Below, piece after piece: positions 32,616 through 46,071 of a stretch of 64,000 nt of DNA. Positions within the stretch are counted from its first letter, which is position 1; every line of letters starts with the position of its first letter. The DNA lies in contig CDRNST010000250.1 of NCBI GenBank assembly GCA_977016875.1, positions 992,001 to 1,056,000 of the forward strand, in the 5' to 3' direction. Both the position numbers and the translations under genes were made by a program. Origin of the DNA: Pavona decussata (taxonomy: Eukaryota). The notes below the pieces were generated by a model. That model had not been told where the DNA came from, did not search any database, and worked only from the letters and a program-made list of their open reading frames with translations.

Positions 32616-33905
32616 TTATGCTGAGTTACACGTAGTATGGCATGCTGTTAAGTTCTCTTTCTCCCTTGCATCTCTTACCCTTTGTATCAACTGTATTTTT
32701 TTCCAGCTCTTGCTATAGGGTTGATGTATTACTTCTAGAACCTCCCTCAGCAATTGAATTGTCATGTCTTTGGGGTTTCCTTCCTTCAGCCTTTTCCTTT
32801 CCTCCCTCTTTTCCAATTGGTTTTTCTCTCTTTCCTTGTCCATCAGCTGCAAATGTGGTAAATCCTTTAGAACATCGCTCAGATCCACTTTCACTGGCCA
32901 TGTTGGTTGCGTCACACTTACCTCACTTGCATTTCTTTTCCTTGTATAACGTGCAGTGAGTAGGACTATCTTCTTCATCCTCCTCATCCAACCCCTCCTG
33001 TACAGACGGTAAGCAAGTTGTTGCAGCCAAATCAATTAAGGCATTGGATGGATTCTCACTTCAACTACTGTGAGAAGAACCTCGCTATCTAAGTCAAAGA
33101 GCTCATCGATGGGGATTATCTCATTCTCATCAGGCGATTCCTGCACTGCAAATGTTCCTAAACCTGGTGTGTTTAGGCAGATTATGTCATTGCCATCTAA
33201 TTTCAGGATGTTACCTTTGACCAGAGCTGGTAGCATACCTAAGAGTCGTAATGTTTTAAGAACCTCTCACTTTGTGGTCATCATGCCTTCTTTCAGTTCC
33301 TCATCAATGTTTTGTGGCCAGTTCGATGGCTGCATATCAGGAATAACGCGGCATGATTTCATTTCTTCTAACTTCTGTACTCTGCTGGAAAGGTCGATTA
33401 GGTCCAGTAATGTCAAGTTTGACCTTCCTCCACAGAAACACTGCAATTTCGCAAAAAAAAAAAAAATCCTCGCACCCCTGTAAATCTAATGCCCAGGGCT
33501 GAAAGGTGTGGTTGGTGTAGTATATGAAAAACATTTTCATTACAAGTATGAGTCCATGTCCTGTGAGGATTGTGTCTTCATAGGTTTGTTGCAAAATAAA
33601 ATTCTTCTCAACATCGCAGTTAGAAATTTGTAGCTATGCTCTCCAATATCACAAAAAAGTCAGGGGTGCCCATGCAAGCTTTGCACACTCGCACACAGTC
33701 AAGTCTCTTTCAGTGTATGCCTGTAATATGGAGTGTCCATCTTTAAATACGCTCTTGTTCCAGTAGTTTTTGCGTCACTCCACATGCAAACTCTAACTTC
33801 TGTTTTCATTATTCTCATGGCGGCATTAACATTCTGCTTATCTGTGGTGAAGACATTGCTTTTCCACAAGCCTGATCTTATTCTGTCATTCTCAAAGACC
33901 TTCAT
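32616..33905 (-). pseudogene. P-superfamily-like transposase remnant with a C-terminal SAP-like motif
   Basis: DKQNVNAA, NFILQQTYED, FQPWAL..GCEDFF(AKL) broken by a poly-T expansion; MTIQLLREVL..KKIQLIQRV. Confidence 0.65.
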
Positions 33906-33964
33906 TTAATGCTTGAAGAAATTCATCAGGCTCGATAACTGAACAGTCGATTTAAATGTTCTTA

Positions 33965-34240
33965 CAACATAGCCAGTCTTATATTAAAGTCTTATTTATG
34001 CTGACAGTTTCGATGACTGTCAGCCATCTTTATCAAAACTTGAAAAGCATGAAAAGTGTCAGAAGCCTTAAATAGGCTTTTGAAGGCGTTGATTATTGCG
34101 ATAAATGCACAAAGTCACTCATTAGACGCCCGCTCCCCCCTGCGCCCGTCTCCACCCCCAAACCAGGGGGGAAGCAGGCGTCTAATGAGTGACTCTGCTC
34201 ATTTATCGCAATAATCAACGCCTTCAAAAGCCTCTTTTGT
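33965..34240 (-). mobile_element. Penelope-like pseudo-LTR remnant with hammerhead-like core and inverted duplication
   Basis: Minus strand TTGATAA-AGATG..CATC-GAAAC followed by AAATAA; inverted arms 34074-34142 / 34164-34233. Confidence 0.5.
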
Positions 34241-34400
34241 TACACTTGGCAAATGTGGCATCCTTTGTGAGGCATTTTTGGCGAGCATGATATTCCAAGA
34301 TAACGCTGCAACGCATGCATTTCGTTGGTCGCCTTTGTGGCCAATTCTATCGTCGTTCTTGGTTTGCTTTCAATCCTTTTACATCATTGATTTGTGTTGG

Positions 34401-35260
34401 TATTTATTTATTTATTTAGCTTCGCCTAACTAAAATACAAACAGAATGGAAACAAACAATAGAAACAAGAAAAAAATACCAAAGATATAATAATTAGGCA
34501 GGGAGACCACTACAGCGTAGCCAATTACAGCCAATTAATTATTTATATAAAAAAAATGCTTAATAACTAAAACTACTAATATGTAAGCATAAAACTTGAG
34601 AGGAGACAAGGCGGGAGACCAAATTGCTAGAAGCAGCACGTTGGCAGGCATAGGAGAGACCTCGCTGTGTTACACCTAGGACAGATTGTTCTCCAAGTTC
34701 TAATGTCGTCAGCGTCGTACAAGTTCAAAGCCTTTTTGTAATATTAAAGTAATAAAGTTTTGAATAAAGCTAAAGAGATGTGAACTGTGCGTAGCTCAGC
34801 GGGAAGAACATTCCATGTGCGGCACGCGCGTATGAAAAATGAACGTTGATAAGTAAGAGTTCTACTTCGGTTAGGAATATAAGTAATAGCTCTACTTCTC
34901 GATGTCCTAGTAGATCTCATAAATTGTCTAGTTACAGGTAGAGCTTCACTGTCTATGAAAACTAAGTTATTAACAGCTTTGTAGAAAAAAACCATGTCCA
35001 AATATTCATGCCAGTATGAAATGGGTAACAAATTTGTTAATTGAAGGCGGGTCTTATAGGTTACATCACATCGGAAGGGGAGCTTCAAAATTAGTTTTGT
35101 AGCACGGCGCTGCACGTTTTCAACTCGTTCAAGTAGGCCAATAGACTGTGGAGACCATACTTGTGTTGCGTAGCCGAGATGACACCGGACGATAGAAAGG
35201 TAAAGTGTACACTTCGACTTCAAAGAGTTTCTTGTTGCTTTTTAACCGACTCGTTCTGCA
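34401..35260 (-). mobile_element. CR1-group LINE 3' end
   Basis: LYLSIVRCHLGYATQVWSP..ENVQRRATK..SFFIRACRTWNVLP; (AAAT)n tail. Confidence 0.88.
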
Positions 35261-35329
35261 CTGTTTGTAGCCGACTATAGCGTAAGGGCTGAATCCATCT
35301 GAAGTTTCTGGAGTTTCTGGAGTTTCAAT

Positions 35330-35640
35330 ACGATGTCTAATTAACTCATTTCGAAGAGTTCCAAATGCGCAGTGCTCAGATAAACAATCCAGGTCTGTGA
35401 TAAATGCATCAACTGGCTCATCCGGTTCTTGGTTTTGCATGTTGAACTTTGCGCGTTCGAAGGTCACGTTTCTTTTTATGACAAAATGTTGATTGAATTT
35501 TTCTTTCACTTGGCTGTATTTCTTCTCGTCTCCCTTGGCGAAAGGAAAGCTCTTGAAAATGTTGTCTGCCTTGTCACAAAACTGCTCTACTTGCGGGGAC
35601 GCAAATTAATATGGTGGAGGACAGGAAAGATCATTTAAAG
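35330..35640 (-). pseudogene. Ty3/Gypsy gag fragment
   Basis: KFNQHFVIKRNVTFERAKFN..QEPDEPVDAFITDL..LSEHCAFG..ELIRHRI. Confidence 0.75.
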
Positions 35641-37199
35641 CAACTTAAACAAAGGGATGGAGTCCAGTTCGTGTTCATGCCATGGTCAGTTCCCACGCAG
35701 ATACTGTATAAAGAAATCGATTCTGAAGGTCTCAGGTCCTTTAAAATCAGACATGAGTAATCCTTATGTTGCTGTTTTGCTGTCACTATATACTGCGTAA
35801 TTGTATTGATAGCTAAATGAACTTTATGATTTATAGTTTTGTTTACAACTTCGGCGCAGGCAAAACTGCTTGTCACTTTTAATACCATAGTATAATACAA
35901 CCATTTGCCATGGAGATCTCGGCGAAAGTGTGCAGCAACCGAGATGGTAAGTGCGCTTTTGTTAGTTTGTATATTTTGTGTGTTGTTGTTTTGTGTCTGT
36001 GTTGTACTTCTTGTTCAAAACTTAAATTAAGAATTGCAGTCGAAGGAAGTATTATATAGTAAGTAGTATAAGTAATGTCTTGTAGGTGGTATTGTAAGTA
36101 GTGTTCGTCTTGTTTTGTAAAGTAGTGTTCTTCGTTTTGCAATTACAAAAAAAAAAGAAAACAAAGTCTTAAATCTACGTAAAAAGTCTTTTCTGTCCCT
36201 CAGATATCCGAGCGATATATCATATCCCACATGTAAGTCAATACCAGTACGAAATGACCATTTTTGTTGCCAGATGTAGCGGTTTTATTTTGAATTACTT
36301 ATATGATCTGACAAGCAATCTGTTTATAACTCAATATCGTCAAAAGTTTTCAAAAAACCTTGTGTGTCGTATATGAATTTTAATGAAGGACTTTTTGGAC
36401 AGCTCCTTCACCCGTAAGGCTTTCTATCCACTTTCTTCTGTGAGAAAGGGATGTTGAGAAAAGTCCAGCAATTTTTGACTCTTTAAGTTGGCCATCGGGC
36501 CCTCGGCAGAAGAGGCCGTTTCATAATCGCCCTCCCTTTTCTTCTGTGGCCTCTCCACGGGTTTGCGGTTATAGTAAGCCTTCCTTAAAAGTCACAATAC
36601 AGTGGCCTGAAGTGATAGAAAGTTTGAGGATTATTGGAGTAAATGTATTATGAAAGAAATAACCTCAACTATCACAGATGTCCAGGTTACAAATAAAGTC
36701 AAACGTGCTGTAAGCAACCACTCAAAATGTCAATCTTAAGTGGTCACTTATAAGAGGTTACAATATTGTAGGGCTGAGAGCATAACCGACCTATGTCGAA
36801 TTTCGGCATGTTTTTCGATTTTTCTTGGATTTGTCCGAATTTTTGCTCTCCCTGGTTTTGAAAACATTTTGCGGTTTTGCAATCATGGACAAAACTCCTT
36901 GAGAAAACCAAACACGAACAGCACAAAAAACACTTGCTTACATGTACTATTCCCCTCTTGTTAACTCCACCACAGAACCTTACTTCTCTCTCCCACCCCC
37001 TCCCCCTAGCAATGACAACCGAACACAGACAGCCCCAAAAACCACTCACTTACTCTTTCACTTAATGTATTGGCTTACAGTATAATAAACCACTTACCCA
37101 CTCTTTGAAAGCTCCCTTGACCGTGGGTCCTTGAGCCCTGAAATCACTTTTTGGGAGCAAAGCTCAAATTCAGCAAGGGATGGAGTTTGCCTCCCAATA

Positions 37200-40100
37200 G
37201 TGGCCTGTAATATTACCAAAGAATTTTTGATTACCTAATTTCTTGCCTTGCTTGTCAAGTTGCGCATTCCTTGCCTCCTACATTCTTTAACCGACATGTG
37301 TGTAGTATATAATGAGGGTTGGACGCGCCTTCTTGACCTACGCTATTCTACCGTATTTTCTTTTTTTGGGATGTCTATTTCAGGACTGCGGAAATGGCAG
37401 ATCAGTTTTAACATCTCTGTTGATGTCTAGGAGCCCTTTGGAGCGGGGAAATCAGATATTTGTGTCAGGAAAGCCAGTTCACGATGTTTTGCCATCGTTC
37501 TCTCTGGGTTCCATGAATATCATTGTTGGCTATGTTAACAACAGCAGCAATTTCACCGGTAATCAACCATTGTCTTCCTGGTCATGGAATGCTACAATCA
37601 CACCGACTAATGAGACGCTTGCCTTTCCGTGCATGACTGCTCGTCCTTCATCACATAGACAATACAAGATCAAGATCAAAAGGCATAAACGTCCGTGTGC
37701 CTATTATTCGAATACAACAGCGACATTCCATGCTCTGTTAATTGGAGATCTTGTGTTTAAGTTGAATCCTGGTCCAACTGGTGATAGAATACCTGTGATT
37801 GTTTCATCACGCAGTGATCACCAACACAGAGCCCAATTGACAAGGCCCTCTTGCAATCCTGGAAATTTAATTAACATCAATTGTCCTACCGGATCATCTT
37901 TGAGTGTTTACCATAAACAGCTGATGACACTATGCACATTCAATGCTCGTTCGGTTAAAAACAAGAGTGCTGAAATCTTGGACTATATATGCGATTGCAA
38001 AGCTGATCTTTTTGCGATTACTGAGACGTGGCTGACTGCAGATGACGTGGCTGTACGAATGGAGTTGTGCCCTGATGGGTACAAGTTTATAGATCATCCC
38101 CGTTTTGGACGTCGTGGTGGTGGAACCGGACTAGTATATCGGAGTACACTGGGCATTAAGAAAGTTGATGCAGGTGAAAAGGCCTCGTTTGAATTCTCCG
38201 AGTGGATTGTTACGTCATCACCTCTGCGCAATCTTCGTCTTGTTATCATTTATCGTCCGCCATACTCTGATGATCACAGAGTCTCAACCAATGACTTCTT
38301 CTCGGAGTTCTCGAATTATCTAAAATCCATCCTATTGTCAAAGGAGCAGCTACTGATTACCGGTGACTTCAATATCCACGTTGATGTTGTTGATAACCCT
38401 GACTCTCTCAAGGTGCTCGATCTCTTGGAGTCTGTTGGTCTTCGGCAGCACGTCACCCAGCCAACTCATGTTCACGGGCACATACTGGACCTCATTATCA
38501 CACGACACTCCGATCAAATCGTCCAGGATCCACCACAAATTGATCGTTTTATTTTGGATCATGCATCACTCCTCTGCAAGCTACTTCATGATAAACCAGC
38601 TGTGACTACTAATGTGGTCACTTACAAGAAGCTCAAATCAGTGGACCTTGATTCACTAAAAGATGACTTAGCTGCCTATGGATTATGCCAAGATCAATCT
38701 GAAGAATCATCTCATCTCACCCCGGAGGGAGTTGACGCCCTTTTACTTAACTATAACAGTATTTTGTCCAGAATGATCAATCATTATGCGCCATTAAAGA
38801 AAAAGACCTTGAGGGCTAGGCCGAGGGTGCCTTGGTACAACGCTGACATAGATAACGCTAAACGACTACGACGGAAAGCTGAGCGAAGGTGGAGAAAATC
38901 TAAATTGCTGTCTGATCTTAATATCTTTAAGTCTAGGAAAAACCACGTGACTCATCTCATGAATCAGGCTAGACAAGCGTTTTACACTAACTTTATTGAT
39001 GAGAATAGTGCTGATCAAGGAAGGCTATTTCAAGCTACCAAGAAACTCCTGTCAAGAAAGGATGAATTATCTTTTCCTGAATATCATGATAAAATGGTCC
39101 TGGCTAATGACATCAATGTCTTTTCTGTACGTAAGATCACCAGAATTGGTGCAGATATTGATGCGACCGATGTGGATGCTGCAGTACCCATTGACTCTGA
39201 AGTGGGAGATGGTAGTACATTCAGCGCCTTCCACCCTCTCACCGAGAGTGATGTATGTGCTCTCATTCAGAAGTCAGCGAAGAAGACTTACCCCCTGGAT
39301 CCTATGCCAACCTCACTGGTTGTTGGTTGTCTCTACGTGCTCCTCCCTGTCATCACACGCATAGTTAATTCATCGCTGTCCTCGGGCTACTTCCCTGCTG
39401 AGTGGAAGGTAGCCCTTGTAAACCCCCTTCTAAAGAAGGCTGGTCTTGATCCGGTGTTCAAGAACCTACGACCTGTTAGTAATCTTCAATTTCTATGAAA
39501 ACTGACAGAACGCGCTGTATTTGATCAGACGTGTAATCACATGATGAATTTTGGCCTGTTTCCCCTTTTTCAGTCTGCATATAGGAAATTCCACAGTACT
39601 GAGACTGCACTCCTAAGGGTCCAAAATGACATACTAATGAATATGAACCGCCAGCATGTGACACTTTTAGTTCTTCTAGATCTCAGTGCGGCTTTTGACA
39701 CGGTAGACCACAAAATCTTACTTCATCGCCTACATTCAAGTCTTGGCATCACAGGAACGGCTCTGAAGTGGTTTGAATCGTACCTTTCCAACCGATCTCA
39801 ACGCGTGTTTTCAGGGGGCTGTCTCTCTGACAGTATCAAGTTACCACATGGTGTCCCTCAAGGCTCATGTTTGGGACCCCTGCTATTTACCATCTATTCT
39901 AGCAAGTTATTCGAGGTGATAAAAGATCATCTCCCTGTAGCACACGCATACGCAGATGACACACAACTCTACTTGTCATTCAAGCCTGACACCTCATCAA
40001 GCCAATCTGAAGCAATTGAAGCAATGGAACTCTGCATAAAGGCAATCAGAGCATGGATGACTACTGACAAGTTAAAGTTGAATGACGACAAAACTGAATT

Positions 40101-40949
40101 CTTAATAATTGGTACACGACAACAGCTTAGCAAAGTTCATATCGAGAAATTATCGGTCGGTGGTGTCAGCGCGGCTCCTGTTATTTCTGCAAGAAACCTT
40201 GGACCTTGGTTTGACACCAACCTCAGTTTAGTGACGCACATTACTAACACATGTAAAGCTGCTTTCTCTCATCTGCATAATATAAGACGCATCAGGAAGT
40301 TTCTTACGATGGAGTCTACCAAGGTGCTAGTGCATGCCTTCATAATGGGACGCATTGATTATTGTAATAGTCTCCTCTATGGTTTACCGACCACTCATAT
40401 TAATAAGCTGCAACACGTGCAAAATGCAGCTGCCAGGCTGATTTGTTCAACTCCACGCTTTAGCCATGTTACTCCCGTGTTATTTTCTTTACATTGGCTA
40501 CCAGTCAAATTTAGAATTGATTTTAAGATTTTAATAATTACTTTTAAAGCCATACATGGCCAAGCCCCGACTACATTTGTAATCTCGTTAATGTTAGAAA
40601 TTTTTCCACGTATGGTCTTCGCTCAAATTCTGAACTTTTATTAGTACCACCATCCACGAAAACGAAGAAGACACGGTGACAAGGCTTTTACTGCTGCTGC
40701 ACCATCACTCTGGAATAAACTGCCGAGCGCAATAAGGGACGAGGATGATCTCACACGTTTTAAGTCCAAATTGAAGACATTTTTATTTAGAGTTGCTTAC
40801 AATACGATGTAAGGACTGTTAGAATTGTAAATAACTATTTTTAATTAATAATTTTTTATTTTTATTTTTTATTTTTTAGTTTTTACATATACAATTTGTT
40901 AGGCGCATTTGATCATATACACATGCTAATTTGCGCCATACAAATATTA

Positions 40950-40998
<49 letters not shown>
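37200..40998 (+). mobile_element. Near full-length L2-clade LINE; 5' boundary approximate
   Basis: APE-RT ORF, 3' stem-loop GGCGCA..TGCGCC, (ATT)n tail at ~40950-40998. Confidence 0.92.
37312..40810 (+). pseudogene. L2 ORF2 (APE endonuclease + RT), in-frame TGA at 39496-39498, frameshift near 40570
   Basis: FNARS, ITETW, IYRPP, GDFN, LDL; LDLSAAFDTVDH, GVPQGS, YADD. Confidence 0.92.
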
Positions 40999-40999
<1 letters not shown>

Positions 41000-41704
41000 G
41001 GGGACAACCAAGTTAAGGTTCGCTGCAAGGGTCTCTAAGTCCTTTGCACTGTTTTCAAGCAGGTCAGAGACTGACGAAACAAGGGTGTTGGTTTGTCTTG
41101 GTTTGGCCTTAAATAAATAATCAGAATGGAATTTGCATTTGCATCTAATGATAAAATTGATTAGGTCCACTAAAACATACAGGGAATATGCAGATATTAG
41201 TTGGACATACATGTAAGAGTAAATGAAATGCAGTAGAATATTGTATACAAAAAGAATGGATTGCAATATTATTGCTGTTGCCAAAACTGGCAAAGTGCTA
41301 TCTTTTCCTATTTAAGCCAGGAGTCCTTTTGATGTGCTTCTTCTGTGGATACAGTTTTAACTGAGAAGCAGTATTAAACTTACCATTGAGCTCAGCCGTG
41401 GAAATTTTCTCCCAGGCAAGGGTGAAGATGAGCGCTAAGAAGTAAGAAAAAACATCTACTTAAAATTTACCTTAATTGCCATTGCAATATGCTACTATCT
41501 GAGAGTCCAGAATGAAATGCAATTACATGTGTAAGAGGACATACAACCAGTTTCACCTCTGTTCTTCAAAAAAATAATCTTACTTCAGAAATACAATGTA
41601 TTTCTTTAGCCTTCACTATTTGAAGTGTAAATAAACATGACTGTCGTCCTTGTCTCAGTTCAGTATTGGTTCCCACAAAAAGTGAGCTTCTACCCCTCGA
41701 CTTT

Positions 41705-41890
41705 AGATGCCTTTCTTTGGAAACATCCGAATCCAGATTTTTCATCCAAGATCACTTGGATCATGGTACACGTCAAAGTAACTGACAAATCTTTACCCAG
41801 AGTGAATTCATCGATTCCTTTGATACACCATGATCCGAGTGATCTTGGATCAAAAATCCGGATTCGGATTTTCCCAAAGAAACACACCCT
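41705..41890. mobile_element. Palindromic MITE (Harbinger-type)
   Basis: Near-complete foldback TTTCTTTGG..TCCAAGATCACT..GATCATGGT / ACCATGATC..AGTGATCTTGGA..CCAAAGAAA. Confidence 0.8.
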
Positions 41891-42289
41891 TAGAAACAGA
41901 GCATTTTAACAAAGTAAAACCTTACTCTTTGAAGTTAAAGCTGATCTTGTCGATGAGAACGATGTTGATGCTTCAGATGGTGGAATAAGCTAAAGAAAAA
42001 TTAGACAAAAATGTGAGACTTAAACATGGCATTTGAAAACTGATAACCATTATTTCATGTGGTGGCTTTCTATATTTTATCCTTTTGGGAGACTTTACAA
42101 GTGTACCTGTACTTATGTGTATTTACAGGGATGTAAAAATTCCCAGTTGACATTATGTTAAAGCATTGCAATGTGCAAAGAATTAAACTGAAGCTTTTAT
42201 CTGGGCAAAAATACATAGAACTCTAGTTTGTAACAGACTGAGACTTAGCACCATAATGATAAACAAAACTTATCCAATGTTACATCCTT

Positions 42290-44030
42290 GAATTTAAACA
42301 GACCTTCTCAAAAATCTTCCCTTCAACAAGAAGTGCTAGGAGAGCATACATAAGGCGGTTTTTGTTCTCCCTTACACAATTGCCAAATTGCAAATAGAGG
42401 ACAGGTGGGAGCAAGTAGTCTTCACACTATTTGACAAGAACATCCAGAAGAACAGTCATGGTGAGATTGGAGTCATAGGGAAACTGGTAATAGTCAAATG
42501 ACCCATAAACCTCTTTCCCCATGACTGCCTGTCCATTGTGGATGATGGCCCCCACATGGTGGGTGCCTACTCTTAATAGGGCAGACATGGCTTTACTTAG
42601 GCGGCGTAGACTGGGGATGTTTGTTGTGTGCTGGTCCATGCCGTCATCTATGTTCTATGAAACTTTCGTGCCTTGTAACGGTAAAGGTAATACACTCGTC
42701 TTTCTTGCCTGTAAAAAAGAAAAATAAATTAAATGATATTATAGCGCAGTTTCCGTGTGCACATATGTTCAACTGTGCTTTGCAATTCAATTGAGGGGTT
42801 CTTTAACGTCCCCTACTAGTAATGAGAAGGTGTAGGACACAAGGCCAACTGCTTAACATCACCGCCCAATAATACGATAGTCTGAAATGAGACAAGGTGT
42901 TGCGCACGGCCAGCATGATCTTACAAGTTATTTAAAGACCCTGGTAAGTGGTCCAGCCGGGATTTGAACCCATGACCTCCCGCTCTGCAGACTGGCGCTT
43001 TTATGACTGAACTAACCAGTTTATCACTTAGATTTGATTGATTGATTTAATTGGGCATCAACATAAATTAATAGGAAATTAATGTGGAGTTTTAATGCTT
43101 ACCAAACCAATTTCAGATGAAGTTTTAGCAGGCGATCAATTTCAGCACATCTTGCTTTGTCCATTGTTTTTTCTTTCTCCTCTTTATACTTTGTGCAGTT
43201 AGTACACTTGGTAAAAAATGTGTATTATAAGGAAAATATTTTTTTCTGCTTCACCAACCTGCAACACAAACAATTACTATGAGACATATTATTTGCATGT
43301 ATAACTACATGACTATTGTATGTGGCTCACAAACGTTTGTCAGTACCCTAGGGATCAGACACCTTAAAAAGGATCAGAATTTTTTTGGTAGTCCTGAGGG
43401 TGGTCATGCAAGCAGTGTAGCTTCTGCCAAGCTGATGTTTTGGACTTAATCCACCTCTTTCTAAGTCAACTGTATTAAAACCTTACTTAACTACAATGAT
43501 ATTGAAGTACATGTACGTACCTTAGGAATAAGAACATGGCTGAAATGTTTCTCCCAAATGTTGTAAAAATGGAATAGGGAGACTGTTGGATTGTTTAGTG
43601 CTGTGTTTCCTCAAGCATTTTCTTGTAAACGTCACTTCTGCTGAAGCATGATGGCAGGTGAATGCACTTGATCACCAACAGAATTAGCGAAAAATTGCAG
43701 CCAAGCAATACACTCTAAATCCTTCGGCCTGATCGATTTGCTCCCTTTGTTACCATGCTCTGAAACTATAACACCATCTTTAAACTTATGATGAAGTCAT
43801 GTAAATGTTTCTTTACTCATATCATATTCCAATCAATTCAGTTACGTACTCTCCAGAATCACTGGTCTGGCTTTGGTTTTGCAAGAATTCCAGCACAAAG
43901 TTCCTCTTTTCTGTCTGGTTCTTATCATGCAAGCGCACTTCGCAGTAGTGGATATCATCACATGACAGTTTCTTTAAGCACTTCTTCGGACAACAGTTGA
44001 TGCTTAAAATCCACAAAATTTCCTCTTCCT
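42290..44030 (-). pseudogene. Spliced, decayed DUF7869-like (DGMDQ-type, Sola-related) transposase
   Basis: IHLPSC..FYNIWEKHFSHVLIPK; DGMDQ..T.IP; DSNLT; LPPVLYLQFGNCVRENKN. Confidence 0.7.
42737..43019 (-). mobile_element. tRNA-derived SINE with L2-like tail
   Basis: A box TAGTTCAGTC and B box GGTTCAAATCCC in the head; GGGGACGTTAAAGAACCC core; CGCTATAAT tail. Confidence 0.85.
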
Positions 44031-46071
44031 TTCTAACAGTAATAGCTGAAAAAAATTGAAATAAAAAAATCAAAGCTGTGCTATTAGAAGAATCACAGGA
44101 AACCCAACAAGTCCCAGCTGTGAAATCTGATGATCCGCAGCCCCTTAACTTCATGTAGAAAGTAAGTTTTTCCAGCCACCCAAAGACAAACATTAGCAAC
44201 ATGAGGCCTCTGGGCAATGCGAGAGCACAGCATGTGATCTAAATGTGTAAACGTCCAAAAAACATCAAAATTTTAAGTTCCTGGTTCATAAAATAAGTAC
44301 AAACCTAAAAATATGTCAATTATGGTTAGTTTTTGTCAGGCATTCAGGCATAAACAGATTTGCTACATGGTAATATGGTATTGGTTTCCTCACAAGAAAA
44401 CACAAATAACAATTATAATTGAGGGGCTGAGTGTACTAATATTGAAGAGAATGCTGCAAAAATGTCTTGTGACTTTTCGTCTTTTTGACTGGAAAGTGCC
44501 TGAATTTTTGCATGTGGCCTCCAATTTATTCAAACAACACCGAGCACTCTTAATCGCTTATTTTGTTTGTGTTTTGAACAGGAGATAACAATGATATTTT
44601 TTTTTTGGAAAACTAAGTGGAAACCAATGGGAAAATCTCAGAGCAGTATTGTTTCAATAAATTGAAGGTCACAGAAAATAAAATTTAGACACTTTCAAGC
44701 AAAAGAAAAAGAAAAGAAAAATGACCTGAAACGTCACTTTGCATGTTTTTCTAGCACAATCTTCAATAATGGCCAGTGCTGAATTTCTTGTTGTTTTACG
44801 GTTTTGCCTGGATTTAATTCACTATTTGCGAGTGGCCTCTAATTAACTTGTAAAACATTTTCCAAGGTTAATCTTTGTTTGGTTTTAGTAAAACAGAAAC
44901 TATTGACCAAAAATAAAATAAAAGGTTACCTAAAAACAAAACAGTTACATGTATCCACCTCTATCAATGGTTGTCATAGAAATAACTTTGATTCTCCTGG
45001 TTTATGCCATAAAGACTTGAAATATTTTTACCTGTAGGTTTAAAAACTATAAAATGCACTAATTAATTCATATGTTAACTGTCTAGTAGTACATAGGCTG
45101 ATAGCTCCTTACAACATGAACAAAATTACAGTATGAGATTCAAAGAAGATAATGTTAGTTGAACACAGTTCATTATTTTCAACTATTCATTTCACTTTTT
45201 TGGATAGAAATTATTCTCTCTACACCAGGTGTCAAATGAAGAACTTGCGCCTTCTATATTAAAATCTATGCGTGGGAAAGACCTCATTTCAGCAACCTCT
45301 GGACTGAACTTCCTTGACTGATCGTCCACTATTATAAAAGGAGAACAAAGACACCTCACTTTATGACTGCTCTTTGATTTTCTCAGAGTTTGCGAGTGAT
45401 TATGAGGGGATGCAAGATTGAAGCGTTTCATGCACACCAAAACATCAACATATTTTAAAACTGTCACGTTCCATTTTGTTGCAAGACTAAACAGATTATG
45501 AGGCACTGTGTTCAGCACTAGTACCCATTCCAAGCATAATCATACTTCGCTTTTGATCAGCTCCACAAGTAGTATGCAAATTGTTCAATGTTTTTCTCTT
45601 CCTGCATGTATCATCCCTATCAGAAATTACAACATCAACTCTTTTGTGGAGGAAAGAGGACACACTGGCTTTTGCCACACAGTCCAACCATTTAACAAGA
45701 CTTGAAATATCTCCCTCTGATTCAGAAATCAGGTCTAAAAAATTCCTTTCTTTTGAAGACATGACATTAGCCATTGTTGTTCTGCAAGTATGACCAATGT
45801 ATGTAATATTTAATTCAATGTATTTTGACATTGTCTCTAAAACAGAGATCACTTCTTACCACCTTGAACAATAGACCTTTTCAGAGTATTTAGTGCATCA
45901 TGAGCTGCCCCAATTACACATGCTGCACTTAATACTGTGAAAAGCTCTATCAAGGAAGATATTGTTTTAGAGGAAGGAGAGACTAATATCACCAACCATT
46001 TGATCTTAAATTTTGTTATTGATACGATTAATTGGTAATAATATTGGACTTTGTGTCATACAATTCAGGGA

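Noticed and set aside
37120-37230. HDV-like ribozyme at the L2 5' end
   Set aside because: I could not assemble the nested double pseudoknot by eye; needs an RNAmotif search.
40896-41293. Poly-Ile ORFs on both strands
   Set aside because: Translation of the (ATT)n LINE tail.
42945-43019. tRNA gene on the minus strand
   Set aside because: Degenerate head of a SINE.
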